This document shows positions 50,334-59,889 of a stretch of DNA of 64,000 nucleotides, piece by piece. The position numbers and the translations under genes were made by a program. The notes under the pieces were generated by a model. It was not told where the DNA came from. It worked only from the letters and a program-made list of their open reading frames with translations, and did no database searches. This DNA comes from an uncultured Elusimicrobia bacterium (lineage in GTDB: Bacteria > Elusimicrobiota > Elusimicrobia > Elusimicrobiales > UBA9959): contig CAIQNV010000049.1 in assembly GCA_903873295.1 (NCBI GenBank), positions 20,041 through 84,040 on the forward strand. Direction: 5' to 3'. Within the stretch, counting starts at the first letter, position 1, and every line of letters begins with the position of its first letter.

Positions 50334-50467
50334 CTGGCTTGTCCGGGTGACCGGAACGCAAAACGCGCTCGGCCACACCGTGGCCTCGCTCCGTGTTCGC
50401 CCGCCGCGCTTATGCAAGCGGCGGGCTCTCCGAGGGTTTTGCTAACCCGGTCACCCGGGCAAGCCGG
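50334..50467 (-). ncRNA. Candidate structured RNA/ssDNA motif, copy B (upstream of uvrC)
   Basis: Inverted homologue of 36055-36192; long closing stem CCGGGTGACCGG/CCGGTCACCCGG; inner hairpins GGCCAC/GTGGCC and GCCCGCCGC/GCGGCGGGC. Confidence 0.6.
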
Positions 50468-50489
50468 ATGCTGCGAAATCCGAAGACTT

Positions 50490-52049
50490 TCAAAACTTCC
50501 CGCCGGTTATTAAATTCCTTTCTTCTACTTTCAGAACTTTAAGGGCGATGAAATACACGGCTGCCGCGGCCGGCACGGAGACGGCCGTAACCAGCACCGG
50601 GCCGGCGGGGGTCAGGACTTCCCGCAAAGCCAGCGCCGTCAGGGCGGAAACCGCCGCGGCCAGCGACGGCCGGAAAAGCGGTATGGCCAGAGGGCTAAAA
50701 CCGGCTTCGCTCCTGAGCGCGAAAAGGAAGGCGAGGGCCGCCGCCCAGGAACTTAAGGAGGTGGCAAGCATGAGCCCGCCCGCCCCCATCGACCGCATCA
50801 GCGGCAGGCACAGGAGCGCGTTCAGCGCCAGCTGGGCGGAGATTATGAGCACAGGAGCCTTCTGCCTGCGCATGGCGTACAGGGCGGAAGCCGCCACCTT
50901 GTTCAGGCCGTAGGCGGGCAGGCCCAGCGCCAGCCAGAAAAGCGCGCGCGCCGTGGCAAGGCTCTGCTCCGGCAGGAATTTCCCGTGTTCGAAAAGCGCC
51001 CTGCAGACAGGCAGCGCCGTCACGGCGATGCCCAGCGCGGCCGGCAGCATTATCAGCCAGGACGCGGTAAGCGCCGGCATCAGCCGGCGCCTGAAACCTT
51101 CAGCGTCGCCGGCGGCCGACCGCGCCGCGAGTTCGGGCAGGGACAGGGCGGCCGCGGCGGCGGCGAAAAGCGAGACGGGGAACTGGACCAGGCGCGCCGA
51201 ATTGTAGATGGCGGTGATCGAGCCTGGAGGCAGAAAGCTCGCGTACATAGTGTTGATCAGCAGAGAAACCTGATCCTGGGCCAGCGTCAGGGCGGCCGGC
51301 GCCGCGGCCAGGAGAGCGGGTGCCGCGCCCATGCTCCTGAAAGGATCTGTAAAGGCCAGACTGTAGCCCTCGCGGCGGAGCAGCGGCAGCAGCGCCAGAG
51401 CCTGAAGAAGGCCCGATCCGGAAGCGACGGCCGCCACCAGTATTATTTTCCCCCGCGCGTCCAGCCCGTCGAAGAGACCGTAATGAAAAGCCGCCAGTAT
51501 GCCTATCACCGAAACCGAAAAGGCGGCGGGGGCCAGCGCCGGCAGAAAGAACCTGCGCGCGGAATTCAGGGCGGCCGTGAAAAGCGCCGCCGCGTTCACG
51601 AAGACCAGATGCGGCATGAAGGCCGCGGCAAGCAGCGCGGTAAGCTCAAGCTGGCCCGGCGAGGAGCGGAACCCCCAGGCCGCGAGCGTGACCAGCTCGC
51701 GCCTGAAAATTATTCCCGCGGCGCACAGCAGGGCCGACCCGGAGAAAATAACCGTCCAGCAGGAAGAAAAAAAAGCGCGCCCGGCGGCCTGCCCCCGAGT
51801 TTTTTCTTTTTCAAAAAGGGGGATGAATACCGCGTTAAGCGCGCCTTCTCCCACAGTGCGCCTGAAAACGTTCATCAGCCGGAAGGCGGCGTAGTAGGCG
51901 TCGGCCAGCGCTCCGCCGCCGAAAAAGGCCACAAGCAGGGCGTCCCGCGCATAGCCGAGAACTTTGGTTATAAGGCCGGCGGCGGCCATTCCTGACAGGC
52001 CCCTGGCGAAGGCGTGTTTCCCTTCCTGCGGAGCGCGCTCCTCGCTCAT
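50490..52049 (-). CDS. murJ: Lipid II flippase MurJ (MviN)
   Basis: KVLGYARD, ADAYYAAFRL, GEGALNAVFIP, RLVQFP, multiple TMs. Confidence 0.93.
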   Translation of the reverse strand: MSEERAPQEGKHAFARGLSGMAAAGLITKVLGYARDALLVAFFGGGALADAYYAAFRLMNVFRRTVGEGALNAVFIPLFEKEKTRGQAAGRAFFSSCWTVIFSGSALLCAAGIIFRRELVTLAAWGFRSSPGQLELTALLAAAFMPHLVFVNAAALFTAALNSARRFFLPALAPAAFSVSVIGILAAFHYGLFDGLDARGKIILVAAVASGSGLLQALALLPLLRREGYSLAFTDPFRSMGAAPALLAAAPAALTLAQDQVSLLINTMYASFLPPGSITAIYNSARLVQFPVSLFAAAAAALSLPELAARSAAGDAEGFRRRLMPALTASWLIMLPAALGIAVTALPVCRALFEHGKFLPEQSLATARALFWLALGLPAYGLNKVAASALYAMRRQKAPVLIISAQLALNALLCLPLMRSMGAGGLMLATSLSSWAAALAFLFALRSEAGFSPLAIPLFRPSLAAAVSALTALALREVLTPAGPVLVTAVSVPAAAAVYFIALKVLKVEERNLITGGKF

Positions 52050-52112
52050 GCTTTATCCTTTATCGCGGATCTATTTGCTTTTTCAGGCATAGAATGATAA
52101 ACTATGATTACT

Positions 52113-52409
52113 ATGGCAAAACTAAAGACCGGAAGACATACCAGCGCTATCAAGGCCTGGCGCAAATCAGAGAAGCTGGCCTCCAAAAACAGGGGCGTGA
52201 AAACCAGGATCCACGACACTTTAAAAGAGTTCGGAACCCTCGTCGTCAAGAAGGACATAGAGAACGCGCAGAAAATGCTGCCGAAAGCCTATGCCATGCT
52301 CGACAAGGCCGCCAAGACCAGCACTATCCACTGGAAGGCCGCCGCGCGGAAGAAGTCCCGTCTCGCTATGCGCATCAAGGCGATAGCGCAGAATCCTTCC
52401 GTAAAATAG
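52113..52409 (+). CDS. rpsT: 30S ribosomal protein S20
   Basis: SAIKA, LDKAAK..IHWKAAARKKSRL; divergent from murJ as is common. Confidence 0.93.
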   Translation: MAKLKTGRHTSAIKAWRKSEKLASKNRGVKTRIHDTLKEFGTLVVKKDIENAQKMLPKAYAMLDKAAKTSTIHWKAAARKKSRLAMRIKAIAQNPSVK

Positions 52410-52430
52410 CTTTCCTGAAAAGAAAGAGCG

Positions 52431-52466
52431 AACCCCGTCCCTTCCAAGGACGGGGTTTTGTTATTT
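52431..52466 (+). terminator. Rho-independent terminator after rpsT
   Basis: AACCCCGTCC/GGACGGGGTT hairpin plus TTGTTATTT. Confidence 0.75.
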
Positions 52467-53462
52467 GGTTCCCGTTATCTCGTAAGCCAGCTGGCGCAGC
52501 ACCAGTCCCGGATCCCTTTTTGAAGAAGATTTAAGCACTTCCTCCGCTTCGAGACAGCGCCTGAGCGAGCGCAGGAGCTTTTCCTCCGTGTAGAGCCCCG
52601 CGTTCTGCAGTAAAGCGTGGTACTGCCCGGGCGGCATTCCGGCCTGGTAGCAGGCGGCGGGGCCTTCCCCGGATGCGGACAGCCGCTTTACCTTGAGCAG
52701 CTTCTCGACCGCGCGGGAGATCTGGGACAGCAGGGCGAGCGGCTCGGTGCCGAAGGCCAGCATCCTGCAGGCGGCCTCGGCGGCCTGGGCGGGACGCCTC
52801 GCCGATACCGCGTTGGAAAGCTCAAAGGGGTGCTGTGTCCGGGCGAAGCCGGCCAGGGCCAGCGCGTCTTCAGGGCTGAAGACCCTGTTCTGCCCGTGCA
52901 TGTAGAGGACTATTTTTTCCGCCTCGCCGTCCAGCGTCACCAGATCCGTCCCCAGCAGCTCCACCAGCAGTTCCAGCGCTTCCTTGTCCGTCTTTACTCC
53001 GCTCGCCAGCAGTATAGAGTTGAGGTGCTCCATGGCCTGGGCTTCGGACATAGGGTCGAAGTTGACAAGGGCGCAGTCCGGACCGAGCGCGCCGGGGATG
53101 GGGTCCTGCTTCTCGTGCGGCCAATCGGCCAGCAGCAGCAGGCAGGCGCTGGGGCAGGGGTTCTCAAGGTAGGCCAGCAGGGCCTTGAGCGGCTCTTTTT
53201 TAAGCTTCTCCACCCGCTTCAGCGCCACAAAGCGCACCTCGGCCAGCATCGGCGCCGTCTGCGCTTCGCCCAGGGCCTGGGCTATGTCCGCGGTTTCGGC
53301 GTCGCGCGCCGAAAAGTTGAAGGATTCGGGCTTGAAAATACCTTCAAGGCGCTTCAGGGCCGCGTCTTTCATCGCGGTTTCTTCGCCGCAGAGATAATAT
53401 ACCGCGCGGGTTTTCTTTTTGGCCCATTCGTCGGCCAGCGCTTTCGGCGTTAAGGTTTGCAT
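52461..53462 (-). CDS. holA: DNA polymerase III delta subunit
   Basis: VYYLCGEE, AYLENP, LVELLGTDL..L..EAEK; leuS-lptE-holA context. Confidence 0.88.
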   Translation of the reverse strand: MQTLTPKALADEWAKKKTRAVYYLCGEETAMKDAALKRLEGIFKPESFNFSARDAETADIAQALGEAQTAPMLAEVRFVALKRVEKLKKEPLKALLAYLENPCPSACLLLLADWPHEKQDPIPGALGPDCALVNFDPMSEAQAMEHLNSILLASGVKTDKEALELLVELLGTDLVTLDGEAEKIVLYMHGQNRVFSPEDALALAGFARTQHPFELSNAVSARRPAQAAEAACRMLAFGTEPLALLSQISRAVEKLLKVKRLSASGEGPAACYQAGMPPGQYHALLQNAGLYTEEKLLRSLRRCLEAEEVLKSSSKRDPGLVLRQLAYEITGTK

Positions 53463-53557
53463 TTATTTATTCACATTGAAGAGCGGGGCGGACAGGATTG
53501 GAACATGAAATAAAAATCCTATCCGTCCCGGCTCTCCGGGGTCACGCTCTCACGCTG

Positions 53558-54148
53558 CTAAGGGATAACGGAGCCCGACGACTGCTTCACTTCCGGGATC
53601 CCCGGCAGTTTTTTCTGGGAAGCGCTCGAGACGGAGCCGAAGCCCGAGACCGTGCGCAGCACCACGTCCTTGGCCAGTATTTCCCAGAGGGCTTCCCTGG
53701 CCTGCTCCTCGGTGAGGCCGCCGGGCAGGTTGGCGGCGGAATACATCTTGGTCACCTGCAGGGCCGGCTCCTCCCACAGGTAGCGGTTCTGCTCGCGGTC
53801 CAGGAGGCGCAGCCCGGCTATTACGTTGAGCTTGTAGACCGTGGGCACCAGGTTCACGTCGTACTGTATCGGGGTGAGGATATAGTGGATTATCTCTCCC
53901 ACTATTACGCCCTGCGCCGCGTTCTCCGGCTACACCAGGTATTCCCCGTTCTTCAGGAATTCGTCTATCACCTTCAGCGTGATCTTCTCTTCAAGCCCGA
54001 ACTGCTGGGTCTTGTTGGCGAAAGGCCGCACGGCTATCCGCTTGATATAGATCGGCAGTTTCTGCTCCGCCGGCTTGTAGATTATATCCGGGCCCGAACA
54101 TGCGGCGAGCCCCAGAGCGGCGGCCGCCAAAAATATTATTTTTCTCAT
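53558..54148 (-). pseudogene. lptE: LPS-assembly lipoprotein LptE interrupted by in-frame TAG (53930-53932)
   Basis: ATG 54148 with lipobox LAAC, IAVRPFANKT..GLEE; same frame resumes after TAG (PENAAQGVIVGEI...LWE...LAKDVV); located between leuS and holA. Confidence 0.8.
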
Positions 54149-54177
54149 AAAACTATCCTCCCCTGTCCCCGCCGCAT

Positions 54178-56691
54178 TTACTTGACCACAATGCTCACCA
54201 AGCGGCCCGGCACAACTATCACCTTCAGCACCGCCTTGCCCGCGGTATGCGGCGCCGCGGCCTCGAGGGCCAGGCGCTTGAGCTCTTCCTGCTGCGTGGT
54301 CTCTTTGACTTTCAGCCGCTCTTTTACCTTTCCGTTCACCTGCACCGGTATTTCGATGTCGCGCGAGGCGATGATGGTCTTGTCGGCCAGCGGCCAGGCC
54401 TGTCTCATTATGGTGGTTTCGCCGCCGGAGATATCCCAGAGTTCGTCGGTGATATGGGGCGCAAAGGGATGCAGCAGGGCCAGGAAGGCGCTGAAGTCCT
54501 CCCGTGAAGTCTCTTTCTGCTCTGTCAGTTTGTTCAGGTAGATCATCAGGGCGGAAATAGCCGTGTTGAATTTGAGGGCTTCGATATCCGTACTGACTTT
54601 TTCTATCGTCTGGTGGCGCAGCAGCAGGTCCGGGCCGGAAGGTTTCGCGTCCGTCAGGGAGGCGTGGCGCTCCAGGCCCCAGACATAAGCGCGCCGCAGG
54701 AAGCGGTAAACGCCCTCGATGGCGCGCAGGTTCCAGGGTTTGGCGTCTTCCAAGGGGCCCATGAACATCTCGTAGAGGCGGAACGCGTCGGCCCCGTAGC
54801 GCTCGTAGATCTCGTCGGGGTTGATCACGTTCTTCTTGGACTTGGACATCTTCTCGACCATCGGGTTCAGGGTCTCTCCCTCGGCGGTCTTCGCGGTGCC
54901 GTCCTCGGCAATGTCCAGCTCCTTGTAACCGCGGTACACGCCCTTCGCGTCGCGGTAGGCGTAGGAAAGTATCATGCCCTGGTGCACCAATCTTTTGAAG
55001 GGCTCCTTGGTGGAGACGTAGCCCAGGTCGAAGAGCACCTTGTGCCAGAACCGGGCGTAGAGCAAATGCAGCACGGCGTGCTCGGCCCCGCCGATATACA
55101 GGTCCACCGGCATCCAGGCCTTCTCCAGTTCCTTGTCCACGAAAACGTCGGGGTTCTTCGGGTCGATGTAGCGCAGGTAGTACCAGCAGGAGCCGCCCCA
55201 CTGGGGCATAGTGTTGGTCTCGCGCTTGGCGGGGCCGCCGCAGGAAGGGCATTTTGTGTTAACCCAGGAATCTATCGCGGCCAGAGGGGATTCCCCGGTG
55301 CCGGTGGGCTGGTACTTCTCCACTTCCGGCAGTACTACGGGCAGATCTTTCTCGGGTACCGGCACTACGCCGCACTTGGGGCAGTGCACTATCGGTATGG
55401 GCTCGCCCCAGTAGCGCTGGCGCGAGAAGACCCAGTCCCGCAGCTTGTAATTGACCTTGGGGCGGCCAATGCCTTTCTCTTCCAGCCAGGCCGTTATTTT
55501 CTTCTTGGCCTCGGTGGTGGGCAGGCCGTCTATGATGCCGGAATTTATGGAGGTGCCGTCGCCGCAGAAGGCGCCCTCGCCTTTCCAGTCCGCGGGGGCT
55601 TTGAGCACCTCTATTATCTTCAGGCCGAACTTGACCGCGAACTCATGGTCGCGGTCGTCATGGGCCGGCACGGCCATGATGTCGCCGGTGCCATAAGTGG
55701 TCAGCACGTAGTCGGCCGTCCAGATCGGGAGTTTCTCTCCGTTGACCGGGTTAATCGCGTAGGCGCCGGTGAAAACGCCGGTCTTGTCCTTGGCGAGTTC
55801 CGTGCGCTCCAGGTCCGACTTGTTGCCGGCGGCAGCCATGTACGCCTCAACGGCCGCCCGCTGTTCCTGAGAGGCCAGCTTGAGCGTCAGGGGATGTTCG
55901 GGGGCGAGCACCATATAAGTGGCGCCGTAAAGGGTGTCGGGGCGCGTGGTGAAGACCGTCAGCTTGCCGCCGTCGGGCAGGGCGAAGTCCGCTTCGGCGC
56001 CCTCGGAACGGCCTATCCAGTTCTCCTGCATCAGCCTGGTGGAATGCGGCCATTCGGAGTCCGCGAGGTCCGCCAGCAGGCGGTCGCCGTAGGCGGTGAT
56101 CCTGAGCATCCACTGCCTGAGGCTCTTTTTTTCTATCGGGGTCTCGCAGCGGTCGCACTTGCCTTGGTAGACTTCCTCGTTGGCCAGGCCGGTCTGGCAT
56201 TTGGGGCACCAGTTTATAGGTCTGGTGTCTTCATAGGCCAGGCCCTTCTTGAAAAGCTGCAGGAAGATCCATTGCGTCCACTTGTAATAAGCGGGGTCGG
56301 TGGTGTCTATCTCCCGCTCCCAGTCGTAGCTGAAGCCGAGCGACTGGATCTGGCGCTTGAAAGTGGCGCAGTTCTTCTCCGTGGTGATGCGCGGGTGCAC
56401 GCCGGTGGAGATGGCGTAGTTCTCGGCGGGCAGGCCGAAGGCGTCCCAGCCCATCGGGTGCAGCACCTCGAAGCCTTTCATGCGCTTGTAGCGGCAGACT
56501 ATGTCGGTGGCTGTGTAGCTCTCCGGGTGGCCGACATGCAGGCCGTCGCCCGACGGGTAGGGGAACATGTCGAGGCAGTAGAACTTGGGTTTGCCGGGCA
56601 GGCGCTCCGTCTTAAAGGCGGCCTGGTCCCGCCAGCGGGCCTGCTGGCGCGCGTCTATCTCCTGGAAGGTGCGGACTGTCGCTGGTTTCAC
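54178..56691 (-). CDS. leuS: Leucine--tRNA ligase
   Basis: [28 protein letters not shown] editing motif, SRQRYWG, KMSKS. Confidence 0.98.
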   Translation of the reverse strand: MKPATVRTFQEIDARQQARWRDQAAFKTERLPGKPKFYCLDMFPYPSGDGLHVGHPESYTATDIVCRYKRMKGFEVLHPMGWDAFGLPAENYAISTGVHPRITTEKNCATFKRQIQSLGFSYDWEREIDTTDPAYYKWTQWIFLQLFKKGLAYEDTRPINWCPKCQTGLANEEVYQGKCDRCETPIEKKSLRQWMLRITAYGDRLLADLADSEWPHSTRLMQENWIGRSEGAEADFALPDGGKLTVFTTRPDTLYGATYMVLAPEHPLTLKLASQEQRAAVEAYMAAAGNKSDLERTELAKDKTGVFTGAYAINPVNGEKLPIWTADYVLTTYGTGDIMAVPAHDDRDHEFAVKFGLKIIEVLKAPADWKGEGAFCGDGTSINSGIIDGLPTTEAKKKITAWLEEKGIGRPKVNYKLRDWVFSRQRYWGEPIPIVHCPKCGVVPVPEKDLPVVLPEVEKYQPTGTGESPLAAIDSWVNTKCPSCGGPAKRETNTMPQWGGSCWYYLRYIDPKNPDVFVDKELEKAWMPVDLYIGGAEHAVLHLLYARFWHKVLFDLGYVSTKEPFKRLVHQGMILSYAYRDAKGVYRGYKELDIAEDGTAKTAEGETLNPMVEKMSKSKKNVINPDEIYERYGADAFRLYEMFMGPLEDAKPWNLRAIEGVYRFLRRAYVWGLERHASLTDAKPSGPDLLLRHQTIEKVSTDIEALKFNTAISALMIYLNKLTEQKETSREDFSAFLALLHPFAPHITDELWDISGGETTIMRQAWPLADKTIIASRDIEIPVQVNGKVKERLKVKETTQQEELKRLALEAAAPHTAGKAVLKVIVVPGRLVSIVVK

Positions 56692-57353
56692 TTTGAAGCC
56701 TCCCTGCTGCGCCTGCTTTTTTTAAAACGGTCGAAGACCACGCTCACCGAGCCTTTCGCGGCGCTGACCTTGTACCTGGCCGGGTTCGCGCCCTTCGGCA
56801 CGGCCATGACGCGCTGGCTTCTCTTCAGGAAGGACGAGGAGGAAACGCTCCCGTCGGGGTTCGTCACCTGCCGTTTTTCTTCCCGGGCGTAATTGATCTT
56901 TATGCGCCTGCCGTCCACGGTCACTTTAAGGGAGCCGCTTTCCGCCTCCGGGGCCCTGAGGTTCACGGTAACATGCTCGTCGTCGGAGACGATTTCGGGA
57001 CTGAGGTCGGCGGGGGACATTTTTTGGGATACCCACTTGCTGTAGGAGTCGTTATAATTCTTTTGTTTCGCGCCCAGCTTTGCATCTATCTTCTTCTGTG
57101 CCAGCTCTATGTCCCTGATCGGGTCCTCGGAGTCCGAAAAAAAGGAATCATTGAAGAAGGAGTCGAAATCCTCGGAGACTACCGGCTTATCCGATTGCAG
57201 CTTGGTGTTTATCTGGCCTATCCAGCCGTCGATGTTCTTTATCAGGTCCTGGCTCAGCTGCTCGGAATCCGTGTCCTGCTCCTGGGCTGCCGGCGCCGGA
57301 ACGGCCGCTGAGAGGAACAGGAAAACAAAGGCGAGGGCGTTAATCATACTCAT
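56688..57353 (-). CDS. Exported protein with C-terminal alpha-crystallin/Hsp20-like domain
   Basis: Signal peptide (AAVPAPAA-Q); [13 protein letters not shown]...[12 protein letters not shown]...[12 protein letters not shown]...KGSVSVVF pattern; overlaps leuS start. Confidence 0.6.
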   Translation of the reverse strand: MSMINALAFVFLFLSAAVPAPAAQEQDTDSEQLSQDLIKNIDGWIGQINTKLQSDKPVVSEDFDSFFNDSFFSDSEDPIRDIELAQKKIDAKLGAKQKNYNDSYSKWVSQKMSPADLSPEIVSDDEHVTVNLRAPEAESGSLKVTVDGRRIKINYAREEKRQVTNPDGSVSSSSFLKRSQRVMAVPKGANPARYKVSAAKGSVSVVFDRFKKSRRSREASK

Positions 57354-57467
57354 CTGTATTTTATCAAATAAGAAGGGCTGGAAAAGCAGGGAGCCGGAGA
57401 GCCCGGTGTACGAGGGAAGAAAGAGCCCGTATAGAAGAACTTCCGCAGCGGTCGGGCTGTAAAACTC

Positions 57468-57896
57468 CTACGGGAGTTTTTTCAGGAGGGCCGCGGTTCT
57501 CAGGTTCATCGCCCGGCGCTTTGCGGGGGTGTTGTCGTCCAGGCCGGACAGGTGCAGCGCCCCGTGCGCCGCCAGCACCAGCAGTTCCGTCAGCAGCGAG
57601 TGTCCCAGGGCGCGCGCCTGGCGGGCGGCGGCCGGCAGGCAGATATAGATCTCGCCCCAGTCGGCGCCCGGGACCCGCGAAGGCGGGAAATTGAAAGCGA
57701 TGACGTCCGTCAGCCGGTTTTTTCCCAGAAAGCGGCGGTTCAAATCCTTTATCCCGGACCCGCCGGTGAAAACCAGGTTAACATTCTTGCGGGAGTTGCG
57801 CGCTCCGAGGCCGAGAGCGGCGGCCCTGCCCAGAGCCGCCTTCGCCGCGGTAACTTCCCTCGGGGCCTTAGTCTCGAAAAATATCTTTATCGCCAT
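57468..57896 (-). CDS. ybeY: rRNA maturation endoribonuclease YbeY
   Basis: LNRRFL..TDVIAF, GEIYIC, AHGALHLSGLDD. Confidence 0.9.
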   Translation of the reverse strand: MAIKIFFETKAPREVTAAKAALGRAAALGLGARNSRKNVNLVFTGGSGIKDLNRRFLGKNRLTDVIAFNFPPSRVPGADWGEIYICLPAAARQARALGHSLLTELLVLAAHGALHLSGLDDNTPAKRRAMNLRTAALLKKLP

Positions 57897-57944
57897 AGCA
57901 AAAACCGCGCCCGGCCCGCTCCCTGGGGGCGACCCCCGCACGCG

Positions 57945-59153
57945 CTACTGCCACTTGGAGATGCCGCGCGGGATCACGACTATGCCGTCGGGATCTATGT
58001 AGTAATGCTGGGCGTCCTGGTCCTGGTTGTACCCTATCGTGGTTTTTGCCTCGATCGTGTTGTGCCGGTCCATGATGACCTTCTTCAGGCGGGAGCCGGC
58101 TTTTATCTCGCAGGCGTCCATTATTATGCAATCCTCCAACTGGCACTTTTCGTGCACGATGACGTCGTTGGCGAGGATGCAGCGCTTCAGCGAGGACTGG
58201 GTTATCACGCAGCCGTCGCAGACCATGCAGTCCTGCAGGTTCGACTCTATGATCTTGGTGGGCGCGGCGGTATGGCGCGAGTCCTGTATGGGCCAGAGCT
58301 TATTGTTCAGGTCCATCTTGGGCTTCGCCCCCAGCAGGTCCATGTTGGCCTGCCAGAAGGCTTCCAGGGTTCCCACGTCGCGCCAGTAGTTCTTCTCCTC
58401 GTAGGGCTTGCTGCCCGGCAGCACCTGCTCGGCGTAATTGTAGCCGAACACGCGGTAGCGCTTGAGGATGTTGGGGAGGATGGTCTTGCCGAAGTCCAGC
58501 GCCGCGGTTTCACCGGATTCCTCGTGCAGTATTTTTACCAGGGCGTCGTAGCTGAAGATATAGTTGCCCATCGAGGCCAGCACGGCGTTGGGGTTGCCGG
58601 GCATCGGTTTGGGGTTCTTCGGTTTTTCCTCGAAGGCGGTGATGCGGCCCTTCGCGTCCACCACCACGGTGCCGAAGCGCGAGGCCTGCTTCAGCGGCAC
58701 GGTGAGCGCCGAAACCGTAACGTCGGCCTTGCTGGCCACGTGGAAGTCGATCATCTGGCGGATGTCCATGCGGTAGATATGGTCCGCGCCGAAGACGGCG
58801 ACCAGGTCCGGCTTATAGTCGTTTATAAGGTTCAGGTTCTGCTTCACGGCGTCGGCGGTGCCGCGGTACCACATCTCGCCCAGGCGCATCTGCGGGGGCA
58901 CCACGGTTATGAAATGTTCCTTGGTGATGCCGCCCAGGTTCCAGGTGGAGCGCAGATATTCTATGAGAGACTGCGACATGTACTGCACCAGCACATAATT
59001 GGAATAGATGCCGGAATTGACGAAGTTGGAAAGCACGAAATCTATAATGCGGTACTTGCCGCCGAAAGGCACGGCCGGCTTGGTGCGTTCCTTGGTTAGC
59101 GGGTAAAGTCGCTCGCCCTTGCCGCCCGCCATGATGATGCCTATAGTTTTCAT
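57945..59153 (-). CDS. glgC: Glucose-1-phosphate adenylyltransferase
   Basis: AGGKGERLYPLT, KPAVPFGGKYRIIDF, WYRGTADAV, ADHIYRMD, FEEKP, ASMGNYIF, YWRDVGT. Confidence 0.97.
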   Translation of the reverse strand: MKTIGIIMAGGKGERLYPLTKERTKPAVPFGGKYRIIDFVLSNFVNSGIYSNYVLVQYMSQSLIEYLRSTWNLGGITKEHFITVVPPQMRLGEMWYRGTADAVKQNLNLINDYKPDLVAVFGADHIYRMDIRQMIDFHVASKADVTVSALTVPLKQASRFGTVVVDAKGRITAFEEKPKNPKPMPGNPNAVLASMGNYIFSYDALVKILHEESGETAALDFGKTILPNILKRYRVFGYNYAEQVLPGSKPYEEKNYWRDVGTLEAFWQANMDLLGAKPKMDLNNKLWPIQDSRHTAAPTKIIESNLQDCMVCDGCVITQSSLKRCILANDVIVHEKCQLEDCIIMDACEIKAGSRLKKVIMDRHNTIEAKTTIGYNQDQDAQHYYIDPDGIVVIPRGISKWQ

Positions 59154-59190
59154 GAACTGTCTCCTTAGTCTGAATCCCCGCTCCCCGCCG

Positions 59191-59889
59191 TCAGCTTATC
59201 GCGTCCAGTATCTCTGTCAGGGGCTTGCCCAGGCACAGGAATACCGGCTTATCCACCGTAGTGTAATTTTTTATGCGCTGCTGCCTTAGTTCCTGGGTAG
59301 CGGAGATGAGGTCTTCCAGGGCTTTCGCCTCTCTGGCCACTATTATCTCCTGGTCATCCAGGCCGTAGGAGAGGAAAAAATTCTCCTGTATTTCTTTGTA
59401 GCGCGTTAATACCTGGCCCCGTTCAACCAGAAGTTTCTCTCTCTCTTCATCCGAAAGTTCGTACCAGGTATGGGCTTTCACTACCGGGTGGAGCAGCATA
59501 TAGCGGTAGCACCCGAAAGTGTCCTTGGGCAGGAAGCCGAACTCAAGGTCTTTCTTGGGCAGGGCGGTTTCGGGGCCGTGATGCACGCCGAGGAAGGAAT
59601 GCGCCGGGGTGAAATATTTTCCGGCGCCGGTCGAGAAGGTCCGCGCGCAGATCTCCTGCAGATAGGTCAGGTCGTCGGACATGCGCCAGAAAAGTATATC
59701 GGAGTCGGCGCGCAGGCCCGAGACCATGTAGGTGCGCAGAAAGACCTTCTCCTGGCAGGCGCCCACCATGTTCTCGAATTCCTGCTTGGCCGCTATCTTT
59801 TCGTTAGAAATAAGCCGCCGGAATTCCGGCTGCAGTTTCACGAACATGAAGCTTGAATAGATGTTAAGGGGTTTCTTTGTCTTTTCCAT
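59191..59889 (-). CDS. Chlorite dismutase/HemQ(ChdC)-fold protein, heme-ligand His apparently absent
   Basis: GLRADSDILFW, WYELSDEER, SYGLDDQE signatures; ER where EH is expected. Confidence 0.72.
   Translation of the reverse strand: MEKTKKPLNIYSSFMFVKLQPEFRRLISNEKIAAKQEFENMVGACQEKVFLRTYMVSGLRADSDILFWRMSDDLTYLQEICARTFSTGAGKYFTPAHSFLGVHHGPETALPKKDLEFGFLPKDTFGCYRYMLLHPVVKAHTWYELSDEEREKLLVERGQVLTRYKEIQENFFLSYGLDDQEIIVAREAKALEDLISATQELRQQRIKNYTTVDKPVFLCLGKPLTEILDAIS

Noticed and set aside
53930-53932. Genome-wide TAG reassignment
   Set aside because: TAG ends several genes at their expected C-termini (tdk, glnS, nadK, rpsT, porV-like)
54613-56892. Long antisense ORFs over leuS (also over ligA, gltX/recN, glgC, tolB)
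   Set aside because: Same high-GC shadow effect opposite confidently identified genes
57468-57896. YbeY third metal-ligand His replaced by Asp (GLDD)
   Set aside because: To my knowledge a GxDD ending is a common natural variant; not distinctive
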